Positions 28,633 through 40,806 of a stretch of DNA of 64,000 bases are shown piece after piece; the first letter of the stretch is position 1, and each line of letters begins with the position of its first letter. A model generated the notes under the pieces. The model made no database searches. It worked only from the letters and a program-made list of their open reading frames with translations, and was not told the DNA's origin. The translations under genes and the position numbers were made by a program. Origin of the DNA: Trichoplax adhaerens (taxonomy: Eukaryota > Animalia > Placozoa); the NCBI RefSeq assembly GCF_000150275.1, contig NW_002060951.1, forward strand, positions 401,088 through 465,087, given 5' to 3'.

Positions 28633-31600
28633 ATGTCAGACGAGGTCGAGAAAGTAGAGGATAGAGCTGAAGGTATGTACTATATTAATGATGAAGATCG
28701 TTGCAGATTAGATTATTTAATGGCTTGGAATATTCACCGTAAGATTGTTCCAGATGTGTCTAGTGTGTACGCTAGCACTGCACCACATTACCATCTATGG
28801 AGTAGGTCGATAGATGGTAATCTCTTTTCAGCATATTAAATTAAAGCACAAACAACAGTGAAATTGATTGATTCTACACTAATATATCGTCTCAATTGGC
28901 ATTGCTGATGCTACTGCTGTACTCTTTTATGACTATGAAAGAGTAAAAGATTCTAGAAAACCTCAATTTACCAATTAATGGACTGTAGTATGTATCTATT
29001 GTACTGGCTCTTTACTGCTTGGCTGTAAGATCAAAGCATTCGTCCTGTGTATAGTACAGCCGGAAAAATAGCGCTTCTAGCTTGGGTAGCAATGCTTTGA
29101 ATCATAGAATATGCGTTTACATCTTGTCTGTCCAATAGTACCATTTCCTATTATTGAAAAGTTGTAGTAGTAGAATAAAATTCTATTCACTGAACTTGCA
29201 TTGATAATGATATGTCCAGCGCGTTTCATTCCAGCCATTATACTGTATAAATTTATTGTAAATGGACAGCACGGTATAGTAGTTTACTACGTAATCCCTT
29301 GAAATGATGCGCTTTGTGACTACAGTTCCTACCTAAATGCTCGTTAAGCTGAGATCAAATATCATTTTCATGTTTCATTGTTTGGATGTACTATATAGTA
29401 TACACAATTTATAAATACAAGGATATTTAAAAATATTCTCTAAAAATGTACTATCATTTTTAGTAGCGGAGTCGAATGAAGATCACGTCGGAAAGGTAAG
29501 AATCTCTGAATAAACACTTTGTTCAAAAATTATTCCCAACTAATTAATGCCTGATTTGGATGGTCAATTTTACTGGCGTAGCTGTATCATATATGCTTAA
29601 ACTTACTATACATAAAAGGAAACTTGCATAGCAGTGATCGTTAGCTATACAATGAGTAATTTTTTCTTCATTTGCGAGAGACTGTACAGTATATCGTAAA
29701 GTTCTCAACCTTTCTCTTTCTCGTCATGCAACTCAACTTTAAAATTAGCGTATTCGATGAATTAGAACGTACTCGTACCTTCAACTATACACATAATAGT
29801 CCTTCATGTTAGTATACAAAAATTCGATAATTATATTATAATACTATTATAAATTTTAAATTTTTGTACTTTGTATGGATCTTCAGATATCTACGGGTAG
29901 GTGCTCTTTTTATGCACTATGCTCTAGTTACAGCATGATAGCAAACGATGTGCAGTATTAGCTTTGACTTTAACAATCCAACATTCTTACTATTGGACTG
30001 AAGTAAGTTAGTGATCGTTGACTAACTTTAAGTGGGAACGTACTGTATATCGCAGTCTTTAGACTTGTGAACCGTAAAACTTCATTTTACAAAGTTGCTG
30101 AAATACTGTATAATAAATTGAAGTAAATTTGTAATCCATAAGCTCATAGGATTCTGAGGATAACACAAATCAAATGGATAATTGTTTGACTGAGTATCGT
30201 TGTGCTACTATAGACTGTCTACAACATGAATATGTCAGTACTGTTATGATAATACTATCACGCCATACAATTGTAAATTTGTGCACAAATTCATGAAATA
30301 GTAATGCGAAGAAATTTCATGCCTACGATATAAATAGCCATTTACGGGATGTAGGAGTATACTCTTCTCACAGTGGTTAAGTTCAAAGTAATGTAAAATT
30401 TTGAGAAAAATTAATAAATTATTATCGTTTTAATTTAATTACCTACTTTTGCAAATGCGGACCAATATATATGCAGCGAAAACTTGAAGAAGAAGAAGAA
30501 GTAAAAGGTGCGACTAGTCTTAACAAATAGATAAACAAAGTAAAAATGTTTAACAACCAAATGGATCTTTGATTTGGTTGAGATATAATATTTACTTTCT
30601 AATAATAAGGTCGTGATCATTTTATAGAAAACAACCAAGAGACGGAAGGTCCTGTGATGTTTACTTCACAGAATACAGAATATTACAATTTTTTTTTATT
30701 AGACGTACTTAAGTGTTCACCATTTACGTGATAATGCCGAGTTATGGACGGCAATGCATTATTATTAATATTAATGCTATCTTTTTTGGATGTTTAGAAT
30801 GTAAACGTAAGAAAACTTCGCCTGACGAAGGTGAAACTGGTAAGGATTTGATAATTACATCAGTGGTACACCATCATTTGCGTATTATCTTTTCTTAATC
30901 CTATAAAATATCTAATATCTTTAAATGCTTTAAATGTTATAAAAGAAAAAGAAGTTTCTGCGATAGGTATAAAATATTGACTATAGCTTGCTGACATATC
31001 ATTATGACATGATTACATTAGAAATTTACGATTAAACTTTTATTAACGGAGTTAGCCTACTAGATAACAGTATTTGATGATAATGTTTTTAATTAATTTA
31101 GTAGCCTCTATTACATTAGTGATTTTATTTTTGCACCTATATTATCGTACTAAGTTAACATACTGCAGTAAATACTTTAAACATAATTTTCAACATTTCT
31201 GATCACACTTAACGGATACTGCTAAGTTTATCCTTATGCAAATCGTAGGATCTGATATGGCGAGTGGTTTCTTCGCTCCATCCCGACTAAAACCAGCAGC
31301 TATTCCTGTTATGCAATTTACTAACTTAACAAGTATATGCTAATGATGTTTTTGTAAACTTAAATTTATAATACTGTTGCTTATCAGTGATGTACTTTTA
31401 CTCATTGCAGTTAGTAAAATTATATGAAAGTTTGCTTTAGTAATAAGCTTTATGCAACTGCACATTACTTCGTTACTACCTACTAATGTTGATAACTATT
31501 CTTGTAGGCGAATCATCCAGTTCCTTCGGTGGCTCTGCATGGAAAGAAGCATTGGTATGTTAAAAAATTTTACTAAATATGGATACAAATTTTATAAATT

Positions 31601-32887
31601 TACAATTATTATGTGTTTAATTATATAAGAAACTAATTTTATTGCAGAATATCAAGCAACCATTCTCATTCATGAGTTGCCATAGTGAGAGTGTGAAGAG
31701 TTCTAGCAGTAACCAGGATAATGATAATCTACCAACAAAGGGCGACAATTTTGCTTTAAACGGTGATGATATAACGAAAGAAAACATTTTTCAGAAGTTT
31801 CTAAAAAAAAATGATTCCCAAAATGCGAACTCAAAAAGCGAAACTAGTGAAAATAATCCATCGAAATCCGATACCAAAGTATGAGACGTAGGAATTAGAA
31901 AGTTATAGCGGCAAATGCATGATGTTGATATTATCCCAATTTACTTATATACAATAATGCATTGTTTACATCTATAAAGATTACGGAAGAATCAGACCCG
32001 GAAAAAACACAGAAAATTAGCACTGAAGTTCAAGAAAGTAGCAAAGACGATGCAGAAAAGAACGGTAACACATAGCTTCTTTTTGCATTACGTGCAAATG
32101 TTGAAGAAGAATCTGTCGAATTATTGTTATTTATTAGATACTGTACACTCTAACGTAGTAATGCTCGACTATGGTTGAATATGTAGAACCTAGCAGTTCC
32201 AGTTTTGAGAAATCTCTGCCAATTGGAAGTACGAAACTCGATAGAAAATATGAAGAAGTTCCAGTGGTCACTGGCGAAGAACACGAAACACAAATGATAG
32301 AGGTATTGGTCTTTACATATTGAAATTAGACTATGCTGTTGTCAGAAGTTTTTTTCACTTTTTTGTACTCTTATTATTAGATGCCTTGTCAATTATATAA
32401 GTTTGTACCATCTTCGAAAGTATGGCAAGAATGTGGCAGAGGAATTTTACATTTAAATGATTCAAAATCGCCAGATAATGAAGTATTGCAATCTCGAATA
32501 GGTACATTTTCTTATGAAAGATATAAGCTATTGCTACGAAAATGGTGGACCAATGTTAATTTCATTTGTTCTTAATGTACCCTTTTGTACTAGTTATTAG
32601 GGCTAACGCTACCCATCGAGTTATTCTTAATACAAAAGTATGGCCGAAGATGAAAGCTGAAAAAGCGAATAGTACATCACTACGTTTTACGGCATATGAT
32701 ATGAACTCTGAAGTTTGTATCTATTTAATTCAGGTAACACAGCATCAATAGTACCAGATACTGGAGTTATCAAAGTACACATAAATTATAATATACATTT
32801 TTTAAAATTTTGATTATTTAGTCTCGAAATTCGGATCTAATCAAACAACTGCAACAAGCCATCGATGTTCGCACTAGATCACTCTAA
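28633..32887 (+). CDS. RANBP3: Ran-binding protein 3 (RanBD-containing)
   Basis: First exon MSDEVEKVEDRAE (28633-28672). Several small N-terminal exons whose exact set is uncertain, including an NLS-like CKRKK and FFAPSRL. RanBD exons: EEVPVVTGEEHE | MPCQLYKF...WQECGRGILHLND..LQSRI | VIRANATHRVILNTKVWPKM | last exon 32822-32887. Confidence 0.85.
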
Positions 32888-34024
32888 TTCTATTTTAAGT
32901 ATAGAGCTGAAAATATTTGTGGTATTTATGATCTCATGCATGAAAGACTTTGTACATTGCAGGAAAGTGCATACAGAAGGTGCACAAAATAGATGTAATG
33001 ATATCGTTTAATGTAATTAAGCTTCCAATGTATCTAGGAAGGTTGAATTATCAATTTACACACGAGTATGTAGTAATTGTTACAAAAAGATTGAACGTTT
33101 AATAATGTATACTTTATGCGTATTTGTTGGTATGTACCTTCGTCTTCTTCTTTAGTTAAGTCAAGCGTAATGCCAGGTGGTAGCTGTAAATGCTCGGGCA
33201 TTTTTTTGGATACTACAACCATAAAAGTACTAGTCATTAAATTTTCTTTATTTTAAAGTGATTTGATCGGGATTAGGATTATTTTTTGCAAATGTTATGC
33301 AAATTAGAGTACATAAACTAATTTCTAAATTCAAAGCCTTAAACGCATACAATAAATAAAATGGTAACGTGACTTATCCCGCGATTTTATCTTAATTATA
33401 TAGTCTACAGTATCATTTTTCAATAATCAAGGTATCCCTTAAGTTTATATGGGGAATACGGCCTAAAATTTTGTAATATGGATCCTCACACTGACATTTA
33501 CCAATATTCAATTACCAGTCAATAACTACTTAACAAAATGAATATTTATTTTACACTACAATTTTCCAAATGTCTAGGTAAGTCCAAACAATTCTAATAG
33601 CTATAGACCACTATTACAGGGGCGTGGTGAGCCCTCTAAAATGGTTGAATACTGTATGTTAAGCTATGGTGTTGCCTTAAATTATGCCTTTAAATTGTGA
33701 AGAAATGTACTTTAAATTTGGCTCGAAATTCCATGCAGACAGATCAGTACAACCTTGAGCTATTGGCTCTTGATATTTTTATTACATTTTATCGCAGTAT
33801 TGAATAATTCTATTTCTTTCAAATTTCTAATACAAACTATCAGTCGCTGTTACATGTTCGTGAACTCCAACTATTTTACAAGTCACGTCGTAATACCGGT
33901 CTATAATAGCTGTTAAGCGAGTCAAATAAGAAAAGAAAGCAAATATTGGCATAACTGCATTAACAATAATTATATAATCGGGTTTACTTTAAATTATATT
34001 GGTATAACAGCAATATGATGATCT

Positions 34025-37000
34025 TCATGTATTTCTCGCTGCAAATGACACTTTATCGTATATTTCTGAAAAAGCATCTTTGCAGTTTGGAATGCTATCT
34101 CTTAACTTATTATACAACGTGTGATCAAACATCTTGTAAAATTCTTCTCTGGTCATGTACGAATCCGCATATAGCATTTGAAATCTGAGATAAATATTAG
34201 AATGCTTTAATTGAAGTTTACGGGACGAGCAAGTTTATTAAAATACAGTACTTTAAAAGATTTTACCCTTTAACACTCGTAACAAAATGTTCAATTCTTC
34301 GGATAGTTTCTTTTGCGACGAAATTTTCAACTTTAGGCTCACCGTAAGCTCCTATATCAACATACATTTCTTCCACCTTAGATGCCGGTTTGACGAATCC
34401 AGGAACTTTATATAATTTCATAGGACAAAGCCATAACGGATAATTCTGAAATAAAAATATATAATATACGAATACCAATGCGTTATAGCGAGTTATTTGC
34501 TTCCATCGGATTGCTGAGAGCTACTAGCTATCATTTGCTTTACCATATGTAAATGAGAGACTAAATAGTCAACTACAATGACTGAAGGTTTATTAATGTT
34601 AATATGTCAATTACTGTGCCAATTGTATAGTTCTGCCGTGTTAGAGCGATAGCAAGGCATTAACGTAACTATCAGTGTTTTCAGTTAGGCTTTGCTTAAA
34701 AATTTTAAGCCCTAACTGCGCCAAAGCTATCAATTAATTCTTAGTACTACAGTTTAATATATATATTTAGTATCAACACTAATTAACTTACTTGAAATTC
34801 TTTTTGAAATACGTCTAACGACTCGTTGAGACGTTGCATCGGCACAAGCATGTCTTGAACAATTTGGTGTTTCTCATACAGTTTTTTAATTGCTTCGGTT
34901 TGGGTTAATTTTAATAAAGAAATTTTTGGAGGTGTCATCCAACCAAAAAGATAGCGAAAAATTACGTTGTTACCAAATGGAATAATATCCTATAGAACAT
35001 GTATATCGTAAACTAGTTAGAATACCTATCGTTGGTTAACTGCAATGAAATAAATTAAGCTAATTACTATGGCAAATTTAAAGTATCTCAACTACAGTCC
35101 TATACAAGAAGCTAACTGCTGATATCATCATGCCTGTATCTCCCAGAAAATACTACGACTGTGTCGATGATAATAATGTCGTAAAGGAATATATTCCGTC
35201 TTGGGCCCTCCGCGCAAAATATTTTCAACATATTTATAAAACCATGGTTTCCAATAATCGCCAATACGGTTAATCTACATATACAATGTTGCAAAGAATA
35301 GCTTATCTTTACAAAGTTTAAATATTATTAGCTATACCGAACACACAACCATTATATTTATAGAAAACTGTTGCTTATCTCATAAAATCAAGAATAATAC
35401 AGTAGTCATATCTCATGGTTGGATAAGATAGCCTTGGTTCGACAGTAGATTGTAATACTGTAACTGAGATATATTAATAATTAATATGAATTGAGAATGC
35501 TCACTTTGTCTGGTTCTACATTGTCGGTCATGGTCCCAGTCATAATAACTGCCTCTTCAGAACTATACATCAACCCCTCCACAAAATCGTTAGTTTCATC
35601 ATTGGATGCCTCTTCAAATAACTTTATGCTTTCACCGCGGCTATGACTAGGTTGATAATTCAGCTTGACATATTTCTTTGCAGGTACAATTTTGATTTCT
35701 GCGCTTACAAGAAAGCCTAGCGTTCCATACGACCAGGGTACAGCATAGAATAGATCAGAATTCTCCTTCTACAAGTGATTATATGCAAAGTGAGAATCTC
35801 TCTTACAGTATAAAGTGTAAGCTATTAACCTTTAAAGTAAAAGATATTATGTAGTATACAATATGTATCCTCACTCCTTATTTTGCATACCTCATTAGCA
35901 ACGACCACACGACCATCACTAAGCACAAGCTCATACGATACACAAATATGTTGAAATAATCCATGAACATGAGAGGAACTTTCAACCCCAGTGCCCATAA
36001 TCAGACCACCTGTTCAGGTATATCATTTAGCTCATGATTTGAAATGTGGCATGTAGTATGTAGCCTTTGCTACATACTTTTGTAATGTTGAAGTTGCAGT
36101 TATAGAGTGCTAATAAATATTTATCAGTGCTCACCTACTGTTAAATCATCGAGTTCAGGTAACACAGCCAAAGTCCAACCTAGAGGATTAAGCGTTGCGC
36201 TAATTTGCCCCATGGTAGCTAACGGTTCTACGGTGATAGTTTGACGTTTGGTGTCTATATTTAATATATCTACCAAATTTACTGCAATTTGATGAGATCT
36301 TTTCTTATATTGCCCAGGCCTTAAAGAAACATTCATCCAGCCAGGTCTAGCAGTACACATTTTCTTACGTGGTTGTGAGTTTTGCCATTGCTTAATCTGA
36401 TTTTGGACATTTTCGACTCTCGATTGATGTTGTTTAGGAGCGCTTCTCATGGCAAAAATTATCTTGTTGCGAATAAAGAAATAGATATCGAAGAAGAAGG
36501 AAGCAGGCAGGAGGAATAGAATGACAAAAACATAGCGATACTTGATGACAAGATACTCCATGCCAAGCGATCTAAGATGAAGTACGAATCCAATCAACCC
36601 AACCGCAATTACGGCCGTTGTTAAATCGATAGGACTAGCGTCTAATAGATTCAATCAATGTAAGATTGATACAATAATTATAATTAATAGCTTAGAGATT
36701 ATCAACAAGCAAAATGACAGAATTGCAATCACGTAAAAGTAATGGAAGAGATTGGGAAGAACACTGAGGAGGTTTTACTTTAACACCTCAAGCTACAACG
36801 AACATCAGATGGATGTTGAGGTGGGTACATGGTTCTAACAGTAGGTGGATTTGTATAGTATAAATCAATGACTCATACTGCATTTGACACCGGAAATGAA
36901 GGATATCTTGCCATCTTCTATCTTAAGTTGTATCATTGTTTTTATTTAGCTGAAAAATCTAGAGTATGCTACAGTAAAATAGCAGGAATAGTGTTAGTGT

Positions 37001-37433
37001 ATTTACGAGTATTACACAAATTTAGTAGCACAGGAACTTCATGCATTGATGACGCATATGCGCAGAGTAAACTACTTTGATACTTGTAGGTTGCAGCGTT
37101 TTTTTTACATTGACCGGCATGGAAGGCTAGCAAAGTAATCTCTAATAATGCACAGTACATGCAGAGATGATACACAGTTTGCATAAACTAACTACTAGCC
37201 AGTAAGACGCGACGTCATAAAGCAAGGGATAAGCCGTGTTAACCTCCTGTGCCTAATGATTCATTTTCAAATTACCAATTATTTAATGTATGCGTATGTT
37301 ATTCATGCAGAAATTGTTCGTTTGGCTTGTAATTGATTGATTTCAGCAGTTGAAAGCTAATCACTTTCAAATTATTCGAATAGCACAACATTATTAGAAT
37401 ATTAGCAGATAATGTGTTATTACCTAAGGTCAT
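34025..37433 (-). CDS. DHCR24: Delta(24)-sterol reductase
   Basis: Exons 37433-37424 (10-nt exon after CACCACCATG), 36641-36135, 36009-35891, 35768-35505, 35274-35134, 34989-34792, 34445-34267, 34184-34025. Motifs: [69 protein letters not shown]. Confidence 0.96.
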
Positions 37434-37624
37434 GGTGGTGTCGTCGATAAGTTTCTCTTGCTATAAATTAGATTGGATACAGCAATTTTGATATGGCAGA
37501 GCTAGCTATTTCGTAACCTATTAGACGGATTTGTAGCCGCCTGTTGACACTGCGCTGTCTGGATTTTTGATACCAGGCGTAGTAGTTACGGTAGTATCAC
37601 GTGAAACGGCACACGGCCACGGGC

Positions 37625-39015
37625 ATACAGTACGATACTGTACTTGCGTATACCGTAATGCAAAACGGATACCGTGCGTGCTATACTGTACTGTACTGTA
37701 CAGTGTACAGTGTACAGTACAGTGTACAGTAAAATGACTGTACAGTACAAAGCACAGTAATACCATAGGGAAAAGATTAGACAATGGACAGTAACACTAC
37801 TGTATCACTGTATTACATTACAGCTACAGTATGGAACTTGCAGAAAGCTTTCATTAATAGCAACACTGTACAGCACTTATTGTGCTGTACAGTACAGTAC
37901 AGTACAGTATTTCAAACCAAAGGATACAGTGATAAATACTGTACTGTACAGTACTGTACTACAGTATAACGTCACCAGCCTCCACATTGTTCGTACTGTA
38001 GTGTACAGTAGTGCACTGTACTGTACTGTACAGTACTGTTGGTTCGTAAACATGGCTTCTTTTAAAGGCATTCCAATGACAGTTGGCTTTAAAACAGTCA
38101 AAACTAAACCAAAGGATACAGTGATAAATACGGTGGCTCACAAGATGCGTACAGTACTTTTACGCTCAGGTCCTTATCAAACAAGGAAGGGATACGCAAG
38201 ATGTCATACGGAGCACAGTAACAAGCTACGCATGCGGACAGTACCTTTACGCTTAGGTCCCTGGTTAAACAAGGAAGTGAATACGCAAGATGTCATACGG
38301 ACCACAGTAACACTGTACGCATGCGTACAGTACTTTTACGCTCTGGTCCTTCTAAGGGAGGGAATACGCAAGATGTCATACGGAACACAGTAACAAGGTA
38401 CGCATGCGTACAGTACTTTTACGCTCAGGTCCCTGTCAAATAAGGAAGGGAAAATGCAAGATGTCATACGGAGCGCAGTAAGGAGGTACGCATGCGTACA
38501 GTACTTTTATGCTCAGGCCTCTGTCAAACAAGGAAGGGGAATACGCAAGATGTCATACGGAGCACAGTAACAAGGTACGCATGCGTACAGTCCTTCACGC
38601 TCACGTCCCTGTTAGCAAACAATGGAATACGCAAAGATGTCATACGGAGCACAGTAATAAGCTAAGCATGGAAGGGAATACGCAAGAATGCAAGATGTCA
38701 TACGGAGCACAGTAACAAGCTACGCATGCGTACAGTACGGAGGCTCACATTGAGCCACCGTACAGTAGAATGGCGTAGATAAATACAGTACTGCACTGTA
38801 CAGTACAGTACTGTAACGTCACCAGCCTCCACATTGTTCGTACTGTAGTGTAGCGTACTGTACTGTACTGTTGGCTTTAAAACAGTCAAAACTAAACCAA
38901 AGGATACAGTGATAAATACTGTACTGTAACGTCAACAGCCTCCACATTGTTCGTACTGTACAGTAGTGTACTGTAGACCTGAGTGTAGTGTACTGTACAG
39001 TACTGTACTGTACCG
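37625..39015. promoter_or_regulatory. Composite TACAG/CTGTA array with local duplications in the DHCR24/ANAPC16 divergent promoter region
   Basis: TACAG runs at about 37680-37750, 37866-38040 and 38780-39012. The block aaaccaaaggatacagtgataaatac and the block aacgtc(a)(c/a)cagcctccacattgttcgtactgta each occur three times. Confidence 0.7.
38129..38762. mobile_element. Putative non-autonomous DNA element (MITE- or Helentron-like) containing 6-7 tandem ~89-bp units
   Basis: TACGGTGGCTCA (38129-38140) and its perfect reverse complement TGAGCCACCGTA (38751-38762) bound the array, with TA at both outer edges. Unit: aatacgcaagatgtcatacggagcacagtaacaaggtacgcatgcgtacagtacttttacgctcaggtccctgtcaaacaaggaaggg. 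No transposase ORF. Confidence 0.55.
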
Positions 39016-39234
39016 TTGGTTCGTTTCCTCTCCCCGTCTCTTCTCTGACCTCACTGCTTCAGTGAGTTCAGTCTGTCTGCCAGGGCGCACCGTTAAATTC
39101 AAATTTCTACTGTACTGAGTACAACGTAAGTGTCGACAATTATTACACCACAGTATAATAATAATTATTACTATTATTATCATAATCGACGCGTATTTCC
39201 AAAGACTCTCTTCAATCTGTTTCAGAAAAGGAAA

Positions 39235-39480
39235 ATGTCAGCGTCAGTTGAAAGCAGTCGAAAACGCCGAGCTAGCTCCAAAGATACCTGTAACAGTCAC
39301 AGTGTTGATGATCAAGCGGATTCTATTGGTATCTTTATGAGGGTTGATATGGAAGTTGACAATTTCAAAGAACAATACAACAAGGAATCGCTGACAGAAG
39401 TTATGGCTGGTATTAAAAATGTTTGCCAACAGTTAACGAAAGATGAATGGAAATATAGGCCCATTAATGAAATTATTTAA
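39235..39480 (+). CDS. ANAPC16: Anaphase-promoting complex subunit 16-like small protein (81 aa)
   Basis: C-terminus QQLTKDEWKYRPINEII resembles the APC16 signature LEADEWRFKPIEQLL. ATG at 39235 follows a probable 5'-UTR intron (GTAAGT at 39126, TTTCAG ending at 39225). Confidence 0.6.
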   Translation: MSASVESSRKRRASSKDTCNSHSVDDQADSIGIFMRVDMEVDNFKEQYNKESLTEVMAGIKNVCQQLTKDEWKYRPINEII

Positions 39481-40806
39481 TAATGATCATCACTCTTTGG
39501 CAATCCTACCTTGGAGTAAACTTTATCTATGACAATCACATAACTATACTAATCTGTATCATAGCTATTTCTTGCTAAGCTAAAATGAAATGGTCCTAGT
39601 GCATCTCGTACTGTGCTTGAAATCAGACTATGCCAATTGCACTGCATGAAATCAATTGTAGATTATACTGTAAATGAATAAATGCGCTCGATGTCATGAT
39701 TAATACACAGATAAACAGTTTAAAACACCAAACTGATGTGAATTTGTAACTGTACAATTCTGGCTCTTACTAGTAACTAATGGAAGAAATTGAAGACTGT
39801 TTTCTAATTCAAATTTCGAAATCTTTTGTCCTATAAATAATTTGTTATGTAATTTTTACTTTATGACCAAGAAATAGGACTACACACTCGATAGTGCTTT
39901 CAATGAATATATTCTGTCTAACTGATAGAATAAGCTAATCGGTAAAGTTGTCTAGTGTATAAAATTTGTATCAATTTAGTTACACAATTGATCCTAAAAA
40001 TCTCTTCTATTACTCTTACTCACAATAAAATTCATATGCAAATGTACTGTATAGCAAGTATCTTGTATCATAAATACTGGATTCAATTTTGTACCCTTAG
40101 AAGAAACCCATGACAGCTCTCATTCCAACACCAATTTATGCGTATATGTACACTATATGGTATAAAATGAAAAAGGATTATAGAAAATTTCTTCAAGTAC
40201 TCTTCATCATTCGGACAATTATGATCCAAGCACTTCATTTCACTACTGTTGATACTCTATCACAATATAGTATTAAAAGAGTATAGAGCTGTCGCTTCAA
40301 TGATATATAGCGCAACAGCTACTTTAGCCAACCTCATTCTGTATATCAAATAGAAGTAGTGTTATACAGAAAAATTTTTAGATCATTTTCAATAGTCATT
40401 TGTATTTATCATCGATAGCAACTAGAACATTGCAAATAACTGAGTACACAAATAATTGAATTTTTATCCTAAATGATGCCGTAATTCGCTAACATTTTAA
40501 TTTACTTTCTTATATAAATCCAATCGACATTTTTTTAACTTAAAGTTTAGATACAAAGAAATTGTTTATAAAATCTTCATGAGCTATTTCTTGGCATACA
40601 TACATAAAATGTACCGATCTGAAATGTAACTTGGTTATGATCAATTTTAATTATATATATAAAAGTGCTGTACATTTCCATATAATTGTATATCACATTG
40701 ATTTCATAGTTGATATTCTTATACGAGTACTGTACAATTTACAAATTATAGAAACATGATATTACGCAAGATTTGTTGCCCTCAATTAGTATAATAAAAT
40801 AAAAAC

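Noticed and set aside
33034-33237. 67-aa minus-strand ORF between RANBP3 and DHCR24
   Set aside because: No recognisable family or supporting splice structure; likely within 3' UTR sequence, though not excluded.
36642-36654. TTG start for DHCR24 suggested by the ORF track
   Set aside because: This is the intron acceptor region; an in-phase ATG exon exists at 37433-37424.
38146-38738. CRISPR-like appearance of the 89-bp array and of the 28-kb repeats
   Set aside because: Units are similar over their whole length with no unique spacers, there are no cas genes, and the context is eukaryotic.
39130-39234. GTG-initiated extension of the APC16-like ORF (PKTLFNLFQK resembles the APC16 N-terminal KALF motif)
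   Set aside because: It falls inside a well-formed intron (GTAAGT at 39126 to TTTCAG at 39225), so the similarity is probably coincidental.
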